DNA from: an uncultured virus (IMG/VR IMGVR_UViG_2061766007_000275)
Taxonomy: Duplodnaviria; Heunggongvirae; Uroviricota; Caudoviricetes
Length of the DNA: 64,000 nt
IMG/VR virus record: IMGVR_UViG_2061766007_000275
Reading direction: 5' to 3' (one strand)
Part shown: piece after piece, positions 38,396 through 47,989 of the stretch
Layout of the letters: each line of letters opens with the position of its first letter
How positions within the stretch are numbered: the first letter of the stretch is position 1
Translations under genes and position numbers: made by a program
Notes under the pieces: generated by a model
What the model was told of the DNA's origin: nothing
Databases searched by the model: none
The model's input: the letters and a program-made list of their open reading frames with translations, nothing else

Positions 38396-38470
38396 CGAGG
38401 TGTAATTCAGTTTGGCTAGAATGCTAGATTTGGGATCTAGATGTCGTCGGTTCAAGTCCGGCTACCTCGA
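38396..38470 (+). tRNA. tRNA-Pro(TGG)
   Basis: CTAGA-TTTGGGA-TCTAG. Confidence 0.92.
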
Positions 38471-38597
38471 TTAAAACCATTATTATTAGTAAGTCTAATA
38501 CAGCTGGTAGAAAGAAAGTAATAAAAAATTGATAGGGACGATGTCATATCAATAAGATTAAGTTTCACCGATGAGGTGTGGTTGTCTTAATCAAAAT

Positions 38598-38669
38598 GTG
38601 GGTATGGTTCAAAGGTTAGAATTCTGGCTTGCCAAGCCGGAGATACGGGTTCAAGTCCCGTTACTCACT
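38598..38669 (+). tRNA. tRNA-Gly(GCC)
   Basis: CTGGC-TTGCCAA-GCCGG. Confidence 0.92.
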
Positions 38670-38822
38670 CTTTTATCCTCTTCTGGGGAGAGTGGTAGAA
38701 ATCCACAATGTTGTTAAGAAGTCTGAAGCGCAATCAGAAACCTTGCAACGGACCAGCGGGAAGCCGGCATACGTCCCACTCCCACCAGAAGAGGATAAGA
38801 AAAGCCCATCACGAACTTATTT

Positions 38823-38895
38823 TGGGGTATCGCCAAGCGGCTAAGGCAACGGACTTTGACTCCGTCATTCGCTGGTTCGAATCCAGCTACCCCAG
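38823..38895 (+). tRNA. tRNA-Gln(TTG)
   Basis: ACGGA-CTTTGAC-TCCGT. Confidence 0.95.
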
Positions 38896-38898
38896 TTT

Positions 38899-39020
38899 TA
38901 GGCTCAGACAGCAACTTATCGCACAAGATAGCTAGAATAGTCAAACGGTTAAGACATTTTCCCTAAAAGAAGATAATTCCGGTTCAAATCCGGATTCGAG
39001 CACTATGTATAATGAGCCTA
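38899..39020 (+). ncRNA. ANRCAGCAA-bulge RNA, copy f, enclosing a degenerate tRNA (38931-39002)
   Basis: TAGGCTC-AGACAGCAA...GAGCCTA; inner cloverleaf with TCCGG-TTCAAAT-CCGGA. Confidence 0.75.
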
Positions 39021-39061
39021 GTATATTGTAAATAATTAACTTAATATAAAGGAGAAAATAT

Positions 39062-39483
39062 ATGAAAACAAGAATGCCTAAAGGATGGAAGTTATTTGGA
39101 ACAAATGCACAGGATGCGTTGACTGCGGAAGAGCGCAGAAATTATGACCGCAAGTGTTTAAAGATTTTTCAACATATGAAAAAGCTTTCCGCTGATGAAT
39201 GGATGAAGCAGTATTGTCCTTCTACTTATGTAGATAAAAAGGTTAAGAAAAACGAGCCTTGATTGGCTAGGTGATGTTCTTCAGAAAAAAAGGGATGCAA
39301 ATAATGGAATTTAAAACATTGCCAAGTATAGATAAATGGGCAGATGAGCATTATAAAGAATGTAAAACCCGAGATGTTGCAGGAGCGCAATTTGAATTCA
39401 GTTTTCTCCCAACAGGAATATGTGAAATTCAAACTGTTAAATGTTTGGTTTGCGGTAAAGAACATACCGAATATGATGATTAA
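39062..39483 (+). other. two small hypothetical genes (39062-39262, ~39304-39483)
   Basis: ORFs with SDs. Confidence 0.6.
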
Positions 39484-39490
39484 AAATAGA

Positions 39491-39530
39491 AAAAGGCGTA
39501 GAGTATTAAACTCTACGCCTTCTTTTTTTT
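39491..39530. terminator. bidirectional intrinsic terminator at the strand convergence
   Basis: AAGGCGTAGAGT/ACTCTACGCCTT flanked by A- and T-tracts. Confidence 0.85.
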
Positions 39531-39610
39531 ATGCTTGTTTAATGTTATTTATAGCTGTTGACTTAGCGGAGCCGACCGCAATCTGAAATCAATTTTAGCC
39601 TTTAGATTTT

Positions 39611-40555
39611 TTAAATCGAAAAACTGTCTGGCAATAATCTTACTTGAGTATTATAAGTTTGATTATAAAATAATCCAGTACTTACTTCAGTCCAAGTAAG
39701 ACCTCCTACTCCATACAGGTTCCCGCACGTACTTGAATAATTCAATAGTGCATTTGCTATTGCATAATTTTCATATACATATATATTCAATAGGTTATCA
39801 TAATTTCTCCCATAAAACATATTTGTCATATTCACTTTATCAGCTTGTTTAAAACTATTTAAACACCAATAAAAATCTCCATAAAGGTTTGCGCATCCAT
39901 AATAAGTATTTATAGTAATAAAAGCGTTGTTACAATTTGCGGGATTGCCGCTAAGCCCCTGACAGTTATAAAAAGTTTCATATAAACTATAAGCTCCAAC
40001 ATCTGCAGGACAACTTCCTGTAAGATTATAACAATTATAATAAGTATCTGTCATTGAAATAACATTAGGAGTATCATATAATGTCCCAGATAAATTCACA
40101 CAATTATAGTAGGTACCAATTAAATTATTAGTATTAGCTCCTATCTTTGGTCGACCAGTTAAATTACAACAATTATAATATGTTCCATAAAGACTGGTTA
40201 CTCCACTAGGACCAACTGGGTGTCCTAGTAGAGACTGGCAGTCCGCAAATGAAGTGTGCATATTCCGCACATATTTATAATTAAAACATTGTGTATTAAA
40301 AAAATCTGTTTTAGTTAATTTAGTTAATCCTTTTGCTAATCCTATACAATTTTGATTTAAATAAATAGGTTCTGTACTATATATTAAATAATTACTAAAA
40401 CCATGTGGAGTAATATATATAGGATTATCGCTCTCCGCAGAAGAGAAATCATCTAATACATAATTAGAAGATATGGTTTCTATCTCCGAAGGGAAATATG
40501 TAATATTGATAGCTGATTTGAAATTACTTAAATTAAAATTAGCTGCTAATCTCAT
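39611..40555 (-). CDS. LRR/BspA-like repeat protein (tail-associated)
   Basis: xxxTYYNCxNLxG repeats. Confidence 0.75.
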   Translation of the reverse strand: MRLAANFNLSNFKSAINITYFPSEIETISSNYVLDDFSSAESDNPIYITPHGFSNYLIYSTEPIYLNQNCIGLAKGLTKLTKTDFFNTQCFNYKYVRNMHTSFADCQSLLGHPVGPSGVTSLYGTYYNCCNLTGRPKIGANTNNLIGTYYNCVNLSGTLYDTPNVISMTDTYYNCYNLTGSCPADVGAYSLYETFYNCQGLSGNPANCNNAFITINTYYGCANLYGDFYWCLNSFKQADKVNMTNMFYGRNYDNLLNIYVYENYAIANALLNYSSTCGNLYGVGGLTWTEVSTGLFYNQTYNTQVRLLPDSFSI

Positions 40556-40556
40556 A

Positions 40557-43500
40557 TCATACCCCCTCTCTATCTGTTACTACATTTAACAGAACAGATA
40601 CATTTGAACTACTATTGTAATAATTTATTTTATATGTTGAACTTGTAATGTAAGTATTAGTAATACTATCCCAAGTTAAATCTCCAAACATTTTACCGTT
40701 AGATGTAAAAGTATTATCATATAAATAAAAAACTCCAATAGGCTGTAATAATCCATTAGTCTTAGAATAGCATGCGGTCTTTGAAAAATCTAATGTTATA
40801 TTATGGAAGTTATATCCAAAGAAATTAGATAAGTTAATATTCTTCCAGCTTCCCGCCAAGTTTTCAAAGCTATTATATAAATAATTATCTAAAAACGCAT
40901 TTGATATATCTTGATTTAAAAGTAATCTACCATTAGAACTATTAGCAGCTAGTTGATTATACCATAGGTCACCTGCCATATAAGAAAATACTGATACATC
41001 ACTGTTTGCAACATTCTGTAACATATTATTTGTTTTAGCTGTTGTAAAATCATTATAAAAGCGTGGTATATGGTCTTGATTAAATTTAATAGTTGCATTT
41101 TGACTATTGACAGTTTTAAACAGAGCTTTCCATAAACAATCTGGTATACATTCAATACTTGAAGCAGATCCTCTACTTCTATATTCAAGAGTATAATTTT
41201 TAATGTTATTAAATCCTTTATAAGTAGAATTCTTTAAATCTGGTATAAAACTAAAGAAATCATCTTCTGGAACATGGCTTGTTTGATTAAAATTATAATA
41301 ATAACAAGAAGTTCCTAAAAAAGTATTTATTGATTGAAAATCTGAATTAGTACCTAATATATATTTAAGACTATTAAAGTTGTTAATAGAACTAATTAAA
41401 TAACCATTAGTATATGACGCTACATTTTGGAATAGATTAAAGCTATTTAAAACAGATTGAGTTGTAATATGTTTTGTTCCAAACATAATTGGGTTATCAT
41501 CTACTAATCCAGTATTTGTTAATGCAGACTGCATATTAATAGTTATATCAGTTAAATTAGGTAATGCAAAAGATGAACTTCTAACTTCAAATAAATAATT
41601 AGGACACTGTGTTAATATTCCCATATCTAAGATTAATTTTGTTAAATAATTATCTTGTTGACTATCAAAAATAGAATACATGTTAGAAGCTTTTCGATTA
41701 TACCATAGAATACTACCAGAAGTATCCCTGAACCAATAATGATATTGTTGAGCTGCTATATGGAAAATATAATTCATATTTATAAAGCTATCTGAATAAC
41801 GAAATCTTATATTATTAGCAGTAAAGTTTTCATATATATTAAGATTTAAATAAATATTAGCTAACATATCAGATTTATCTCCAATAACATCAAATACATA
41901 TGGACGACTTGATTTGCCCCAGTTTAAATTATTTATGTATCCATATATATTAAGATAAACATTTGGATCATCACTAAAACCACTCATTGTGGTAGCATCA
42001 TATTGAGTAAAATCTATAATAAAATTCTCATTAAAATTAGCATCACAGTTTCGACTAACTTCAAAATTAAAATGAAGATTTCTAAATCTTGAATAAAAAT
42101 CTTGTCCACCTTGTTGTTCTCCAATAGTCTTAAAGAAAAATGTATCAACACTAGTAGCTTTATTTCCCCAACAATATTTATTATAATAACTATTTATAGA
42201 ATTAAAATAAAAATTATTAGTGCAATTAATTTGATTTACACCTTCTAATAAATCAAAAGAATTAGAACCTATTGTATTAAAATAAATATTACAAAATTCT
42301 CCAATATAACTATCACTAAATAAAGAAGTACAATTTGCTTCCCAAACATGATTATGTGAAATAATAAATGGAACATTTGAAATTATTTTATTAAAATGGC
42401 AAATACGCATCCAATTACCAAAAAAAGAAGAACCAGTATTATCCCAATAGTAATCATTATGTAAAACATTAGTTCCACCATTAAAATAAAAGTTATCTGC
42501 AGTAACCCCATAGAAAAATTCAGTTATAGGATACGTTCCCATTAAAGGAGTTATTCTTATATTAGCTGATGTATTTAAATTAGTTAAAAAAGTTTCTAAA
42601 GTAACTTTTTTATTAAATGTAAAATTTAAATCAAAATCAAGTTCAGTAGATCTTATTCCAGTAAAGCAATAATTAGCATAATAACAATTAAATACTAAAT
42701 CATTTTGTTTAGCAAAATTTTCCCAATTTAGATTAGTACATCCATAAAACATATCAGATACTTCATAATCTATATTAGAGATTTCTCCAATATTAGATAA
42801 ATTATAGCAATCCCTATACATACCTTTAGTTGAGTTAACATGATAACCTCTTAAATCTATAGGTTCTGTAATATATCTTAAAAGTCTAAAGCAATAATCC
42901 ATATTATATACATTATGTGTCATTGTAAAATTACTTATATCAGTAATATTTGAAGTGATATCAAAACATCCTTCTAAATAATTTAAATGAGTTGGTACAA
43001 TTAATGCGGGCAGAGGTTTTGGATCGCCCTTACAATTACTATATAAATGTCTAGCATATGCTAAATTTGGAGTAAAGATTATATTATCAATATTAATTCT
43101 TGTATTATTATAAGCATAATCTGCATTTTGTACATTTGAGTTTATATTAATAGTTATTTCTTGCGAAACTCCATCTATCATACATCTATATGAGTCATAT
43201 GCAGAAGCAAAACGTATTACATTTTCTCCACATTTGGTTATATTATCTTTTGTAGTAGCTTGCTTATAAGCACTATCCATTGAGGTAACATTATTTCCAC
43301 AGTATATATTACCATTGATAATTGAATTATAATAAGCATAATCCATATATTTAACATTACTACCACAGGCCGCATTACCATTTATATTACTATTATAATA
43401 AGCATATCGCATATCAACAACATTCTCTCCGCACTTAGCATCATTATATATATAACAATTATAATAAGTTGAACGTAAATTTACTACATTATCTCCACAA

Positions 43501-45239
43501 ATTGCAATATAATTAAAATATTGATAAAAAGTAGGATATCCATTATATGTAAGATAATAATTATTATCAAATAAATTTATTATTGCATTAGAAGTATAAA
43601 ATTCATTTCTATAAGTAATACTTTCTAATGCACTTTGAATATTTGGTCTGATGACATTATCTATATTTTCTGCTGAAACATATAAAGATTTAAAGCTTTT
43701 ATTAAAACTATTATACATATTTAAAGTATTTTGTTCTTCTAAAGGATAATACAATAAATTTTCTGCTAATATACCATCAAGTTTAGAATATTTTGTTTGA
43801 TGTGCTATATTAATAAATTGTAAATCACTTAATACATTATCATTATGAAATTTTGAACTTAATCCCATAATTAAATTATAATAATTTTCACCTACGAAAT
43901 ATAAATTCTTTAAGCTATATCCACTTGTGCTAATATACATATCTAACAAATAAATATTAACTGTATTTATTTTAAAGTTTGGTTCATAATAGTTCCCATC
44001 ATGATATATATTTCTTTCATAACCATCATTTAATGAGATTTGACAAGGAATAGAATTATTAAAAGTAGAAACATAATATAGATTAATGCCATATGTATCA
44101 TTTAATGATATTTTTTTATAATATTGAGATAAAGTATCATCAATAAAACCATTCCAACGAGGAATATAAATATTCATTCCATAATTACGCCTGCATTGCA
44201 TTGTATAACCATCTATATATTCTGTGGATAATAATTCTGTATCTGCTTCAAGAGCATACTCATTGAGGTCAAATGTGTTAATATTTATTTGATTATAGTC
44301 ACAATATATATTTGTTTTATATGTTTCATTTATATAATAAGGATAACCATTTACATCTGTATGTTCAGTCCAAGTTAGCGGTGTCTCATATATAGCGCCA
44401 AAAGTACTAGGATAATTTACAAGAGCATTCAGTATACATTGGTTATACCGAACATAAATATTTAAATAATTAGATGTATTTCTATTATAAAACATAGCAT
44501 ATGCATTTACTGCGGAAGCCTGGTCTATTCCATCTACGTCCCAGTAAAATGTTCCATACATATTAGGGCAATCATAATATGCCATCGAGGTTACAAGCGC
44601 ATTATTTATATTAGAAGGAGATCCCGCAAGGTTATCACAACCATAATACATTCTAGCGATTGAAACTGCGGGAACCTCTGGAGCTGGAGAGCCTATAAGA
44701 TTATCACATTGATAATATGTACCAATAGCCATTCTAACATTAGAATTCATATTAGGCTGTCCAGTAATATTCTGGCATCTATAAAAAGTGCCAATTAAAT
44801 TATTTACATTTTCATTTACTTGCGGCGCCCCGACTAAATTACTGCAATTATAGAAAGTTCCATACATAGACTGGGTATATTTTGAACTAATCGGGGCTCC
44901 CGCAAGCCTAAAACAGTTAGCAAATGAAGTATGTAAATTAGTAACTAAGTTATAGTTTACCTTTTGTTTATTTATTAAATCAGTATGCTGTAAATTAGTC
45001 AATCCCATACAGATACTTGATATATTACTATTTAAATACAGTGTATCATCATTAACATCTTCAGTGCTAATAGTATAATTATGCTGATTAGGTGCATCTT
45101 GATATAAATATATGTTATTACTATTGACTGTTGCTAAATCTGCAATATAATCAGATGGTTGATAACCAATTTGTATATTTATATTTTCAGCACCCTTAAA
45201 ATCTCTCATATTAAATTGAGAGAGATAAGCTTTTCCCAT
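40557..45239 (-). CDS. large LRR/BspA-like repeat protein, putative receptor-binding
   Basis: 1560 aa; YYNCxNL and CGxNVxxMxxAY repeats. Confidence 0.75.
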   Translation of the reverse strand: MGKAYLSQFNMRDFKGAENINIQIGYQPSDYIADLATVNSNNIYLYQDAPNQHNYTISTEDVNDDTLYLNSNISSICMGLTNLQHTDLINKQKVNYNLVTNLHTSFANCFRLAGAPISSKYTQSMYGTFYNCSNLVGAPQVNENVNNLIGTFYRCQNITGQPNMNSNVRMAIGTYYQCDNLIGSPAPEVPAVSIARMYYGCDNLAGSPSNINNALVTSMAYYDCPNMYGTFYWDVDGIDQASAVNAYAMFYNRNTSNYLNIYVRYNQCILNALVNYPSTFGAIYETPLTWTEHTDVNGYPYYINETYKTNIYCDYNQININTFDLNEYALEADTELLSTEYIDGYTMQCRRNYGMNIYIPRWNGFIDDTLSQYYKKISLNDTYGINLYYVSTFNNSIPCQISLNDGYERNIYHDGNYYEPNFKINTVNIYLLDMYISTSGYSLKNLYFVGENYYNLIMGLSSKFHNDNVLSDLQFINIAHQTKYSKLDGILAENLLYYPLEEQNTLNMYNSFNKSFKSLYVSAENIDNVIRPNIQSALESITYRNEFYTSNAIINLFDNNYYLTYNGYPTFYQYFNYIAICGDNVVNLRSTYYNCYIYNDAKCGENVVDMRYAYYNSNINGNAACGSNVKYMDYAYYNSIINGNIYCGNNVTSMDSAYKQATTKDNITKCGENVIRFASAYDSYRCMIDGVSQEITININSNVQNADYAYNNTRINIDNIIFTPNLAYARHLYSNCKGDPKPLPALIVPTHLNYLEGCFDITSNITDISNFTMTHNVYNMDYCFRLLRYITEPIDLRGYHVNSTKGMYRDCYNLSNIGEISNIDYEVSDMFYGCTNLNWENFAKQNDLVFNCYYANYCFTGIRSTELDFDLNFTFNKKVTLETFLTNLNTSANIRITPLMGTYPITEFFYGVTADNFYFNGGTNVLHNDYYWDNTGSSFFGNWMRICHFNKIISNVPFIISHNHVWEANCTSLFSDSYIGEFCNIYFNTIGSNSFDLLEGVNQINCTNNFYFNSINSYYNKYCWGNKATSVDTFFFKTIGEQQGGQDFYSRFRNLHFNFEVSRNCDANFNENFIIDFTQYDATTMSGFSDDPNVYLNIYGYINNLNWGKSSRPYVFDVIGDKSDMLANIYLNLNIYENFTANNIRFRYSDSFINMNYIFHIAAQQYHYWFRDTSGSILWYNRKASNMYSIFDSQQDNYLTKLILDMGILTQCPNYLFEVRSSSFALPNLTDITINMQSALTNTGLVDDNPIMFGTKHITTQSVLNSFNLFQNVASYTNGYLISSINNFNSLKYILGTNSDFQSINTFLGTSCYYYNFNQTSHVPEDDFFSFIPDLKNSTYKGFNNIKNYTLEYRSRGSASSIECIPDCLWKALFKTVNSQNATIKFNQDHIPRFYNDFTTAKTNNMLQNVANSDVSVFSYMAGDLWYNQLAANSSNGRLLLNQDISNAFLDNYLYNSFENLAGSWKNINLSNFFGYNFHNITLDFSKTACYSKTNGLLQPIGVFYLYDNTFTSNGKMFGDLTWDSITNTYITSSTYKINYYNSSSNVSVLLNVVTDREGV

Positions 45240-45264
45240 TCTCCTTTTATCTCCTTTCTATATT

Positions 45265-46641
45265 TTATCTACAAGGATAATAATATTCAATTTTATAAAT
45301 TTCAGTTTCTGCTCTTGAAATCCAATTATCCCATGTACCTTCAAATCTTAATTGCTGCCCTCCAAAATCTCCTTCAAGTATATATTCTCTAGTTTCTTTA
45401 TATATTTGACCTTCTGTTGGCTTAATAGCCCCATGTCCATTATCATATTGTCCATTCATAAATTGTTCAGAGCAAGTAACACCATTAAAACCAAATTTCC
45501 AATAACCATTTCCATAAGCACCTATTTGAGCTTCAATATACATTGTAATTTTTAATTTAGTTGTACCAACTGGTATTGGTAGACCTCCTAATTCTATATA
45601 GCCATTTCTTACACCGGCATATTGATTTTCGAGCCTATACAAAGCTTGAAAACGATATCTATTATTTGCAAAATCATAATCACAATTATGCACCATACTG
45701 TTGTAATAATATTTTGATCCATCTGGTGTAAAAGTACCATTAATATATTCAGTAGCTGCACCATCAAAAGCTGTCATCCAATCAGATTCTGCGGGCCGCA
45801 AGAAAGTTATGCGGGCAAACCCATTTCCGCTTTTAGGCTTGTTAGCTTCTGCTATACTAGATACTACTTGAACAGACTCAGTTTTAGTTGCTTCTGCATC
45901 TGAAGTGGGTACATTATATCCTACCATCTTTTTATTATGTAATTTAGCATTAGCTATCCATCCTGAACCTGCACCACCACCATCGACTTCAGTTCCTTTA
46001 TATCCACCATATAATCCAGCACCACCACCAGATACACCGCTACCACTTTCACCTTGTCCAAATGTATAACCAGCTGACTGGTCTGCTGAATTGTTACCAT
46101 TACCAGATATACCACCTGCATCAGCACCATTATAAACATCTTCACCAATTATCAAGCCTCCTCCACCACCACCAGACACTATCAGAATATCTGACAGATT
46201 GGATGATAAGTCTTTGAGTTGCCCTGTAACTTTGGCTATGTGCGTAGCACCACCACCATTTACAATGATTGAAATAATTGGAGGAACATAAGGTTCACCC
46301 CTAATTATTTTAGTAGCATCATATGATAATCCTTGAGCGTACTTCTTTGCTTCACTTTCATCGTTAAAACATGGAACATTGTACCAAACATATCTTCCAG
46401 ACGTATCATACGCTAAGGATTCAGGACCGTAGTTATACGGATAAGGGTCTGCCCACTCTCCATTTCTATTAAGACGTTTAGTTCGTTGAGCATACCAATA
46501 AGTATTATTACCACCGCCAATACTTACCGCAACAGGATAATGACAAATAAGCCCATCCCATGTATAATCAGCAAGCAACACATAAAAATGGTCATTATAA
46601 AAAGAATCATCCCAATATAGTTCTAACCACTCTTCAGCCAT
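45265..46641 (-). CDS. glycine-rich tail-associated protein
   Basis: GGGATHI...VSGGGGG...GGGAGLYGG...GSGW...GNGFARIT. Confidence 0.7.
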   Translation of the reverse strand: MAEEWLELYWDDSFYNDHFYVLLADYTWDGLICHYPVAVSIGGGNNTYWYAQRTKRLNRNGEWADPYPYNYGPESLAYDTSGRYVWYNVPCFNDESEAKKYAQGLSYDATKIIRGEPYVPPIISIIVNGGGATHIAKVTGQLKDLSSNLSDILIVSGGGGGGLIIGEDVYNGADAGGISGNGNNSADQSAGYTFGQGESGSGVSGGGAGLYGGYKGTEVDGGGAGSGWIANAKLHNKKMVGYNVPTSDAEATKTESVQVVSSIAEANKPKSGNGFARITFLRPAESDWMTAFDGAATEYINGTFTPDGSKYYYNSMVHNCDYDFANNRYRFQALYRLENQYAGVRNGYIELGGLPIPVGTTKLKITMYIEAQIGAYGNGYWKFGFNGVTCSEQFMNGQYDNGHGAIKPTEGQIYKETREYILEGDFGGQQLRFEGTWDNWISRAETEIYKIEYYYPCR

Positions 46642-46706
46642 CCTTATTTCCTCTTTTCTCTTATAAGCTATACCAAATAATTATCTTCTAACTAATATTT
46701 TTCATA

Positions 46707-47876
46707 TTAGTTACCACCGCCGCCATATCCATTCTGACCACCAACATCAATATATAGTACTTCTCCAGCAGTCAATAGCATCTCACCTTTAGAATAACTA
46801 CCATATCCGCCGCGAGCTATGGTGCTTCCTTCTGTGGCGGACCCGCCTTGAGCGCCCCAAGTTTCAAGTAGATACCATCCAGTCTCAGGTACTACGAAAG
46901 TCTGAATTCTACCAACGCAATCAAAATCAATAGGCTTCGATAAATCTTCTACTAAGCATATATTAGTATTAGTAGTAGCATTATTATAATATTCTTTACC
47001 ACCACTATCAGTCATTATTGTCCAATCAAGCGGAGTTCCGTATAAATTGCCATACGTATCTGGATAATTTACAAGAGCATTAAGAATACTAGCTTGATTA
47101 GTCACATATATATTTAATTTATTACTATAATTACGATGATAAAACATATTAGTCATATTGACTATACCAGCTTGAGTGCCCTTATTATATAGCCAATAGA
47201 AATCTCCATAAATATTATTACAGTTATAATATGCGTTTGTTGTAATAAAAGCATTATTACAATTTGCGGGATTGCCTGTTAGTGAAATGCAGTTATAGTA
47301 TGCACCAGATAATGACTGGGCATAATCTGCATCAATCGGGAATCCCGCAATGTTAACACAATTATAAAAAGTATTTATCATCATAGTTGCATTTGTACTA
47401 TATCCATCTATTGAAGTTAATTTTCCACAGTTAAAATAAGTTCCAATTAGATTAGTTGTATACTCACCTATCTTTGCGGCTCCTGTTAGATTACAATCAT
47501 TATAATAAGAGCCATACATGCTTGTTACACTATCTCCCACTTTAGGGCTTCCCGCAAGTAAAAAGCAATTAGAATAACTGGTGTGCATATTTATAACTTC
47601 ACTATAATTACAAGTACTAGATAAAAAATCTGTATGTGTAAGTCCTGTCAACTCCCTAGCAAGACTTTTTAAATTTGAATTCATATATATATTTGTATAA
47701 CTAGTATCAGGAGTTAAATAGTAATTCAGCTCTTGATTAGTCAAATATATATTACTACTATCGGCAGATAATTCATCAATATAAGACGCCGGCGGGCTTC
47801 CCGCACTTGTTAGGTTTATATTAGTTGCACCTAAAAAGTGAGCAAAATTATATTCTCTTAAGTATAGTTCTGCCAT
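46707..47876 (-). CDS. LRR-like module plus N-terminal half of a glycine-rich domain
   Basis: Paralog of 39611; ends ETWGAQGG...GGYGSYSKG...VGGQ. Confidence 0.7.
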   Translation of the reverse strand: MAELYLREYNFAHFLGATNINLTSAGSPPASYIDELSADSSNIYLTNQELNYYLTPDTSYTNIYMNSNLKSLARELTGLTHTDFLSSTCNYSEVINMHTSYSNCFLLAGSPKVGDSVTSMYGSYYNDCNLTGAAKIGEYTTNLIGTYFNCGKLTSIDGYSTNATMMINTFYNCVNIAGFPIDADYAQSLSGAYYNCISLTGNPANCNNAFITTNAYYNCNNIYGDFYWLYNKGTQAGIVNMTNMFYHRNYSNKLNIYVTNQASILNALVNYPDTYGNLYGTPLDWTIMTDSGGKEYYNNATTNTNICLVEDLSKPIDFDCVGRIQTFVVPETGWYLLETWGAQGGSATEGSTIARGGYGSYSKGEMLLTAGEVLYIDVGGQNGYGGGGN

Positions 47877-47989
47877 AAACTCCTCCTTTTATATCCTTTT
47901 TCTATATAAGATATAAAAAATAATGTTTAAAAGTTATATATATTTGACCAAAAAAAAATATGCCATGCTATAAAAGCATGGCATATAAA

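Noticed and set aside
38629..38944. ORFs 38629, 38708 and 38714
   Set aside because: Overlap tRNA-Gly, tRNA-Gln and a structured RNA
38931..39002. Amber suppressor tRNA and stop-codon recoding
   Set aside because: Best register gives anticodon TAA rather than CTA; long ORFs are intact in code 11 and TAG ends genes (e.g. 13984, 17970)
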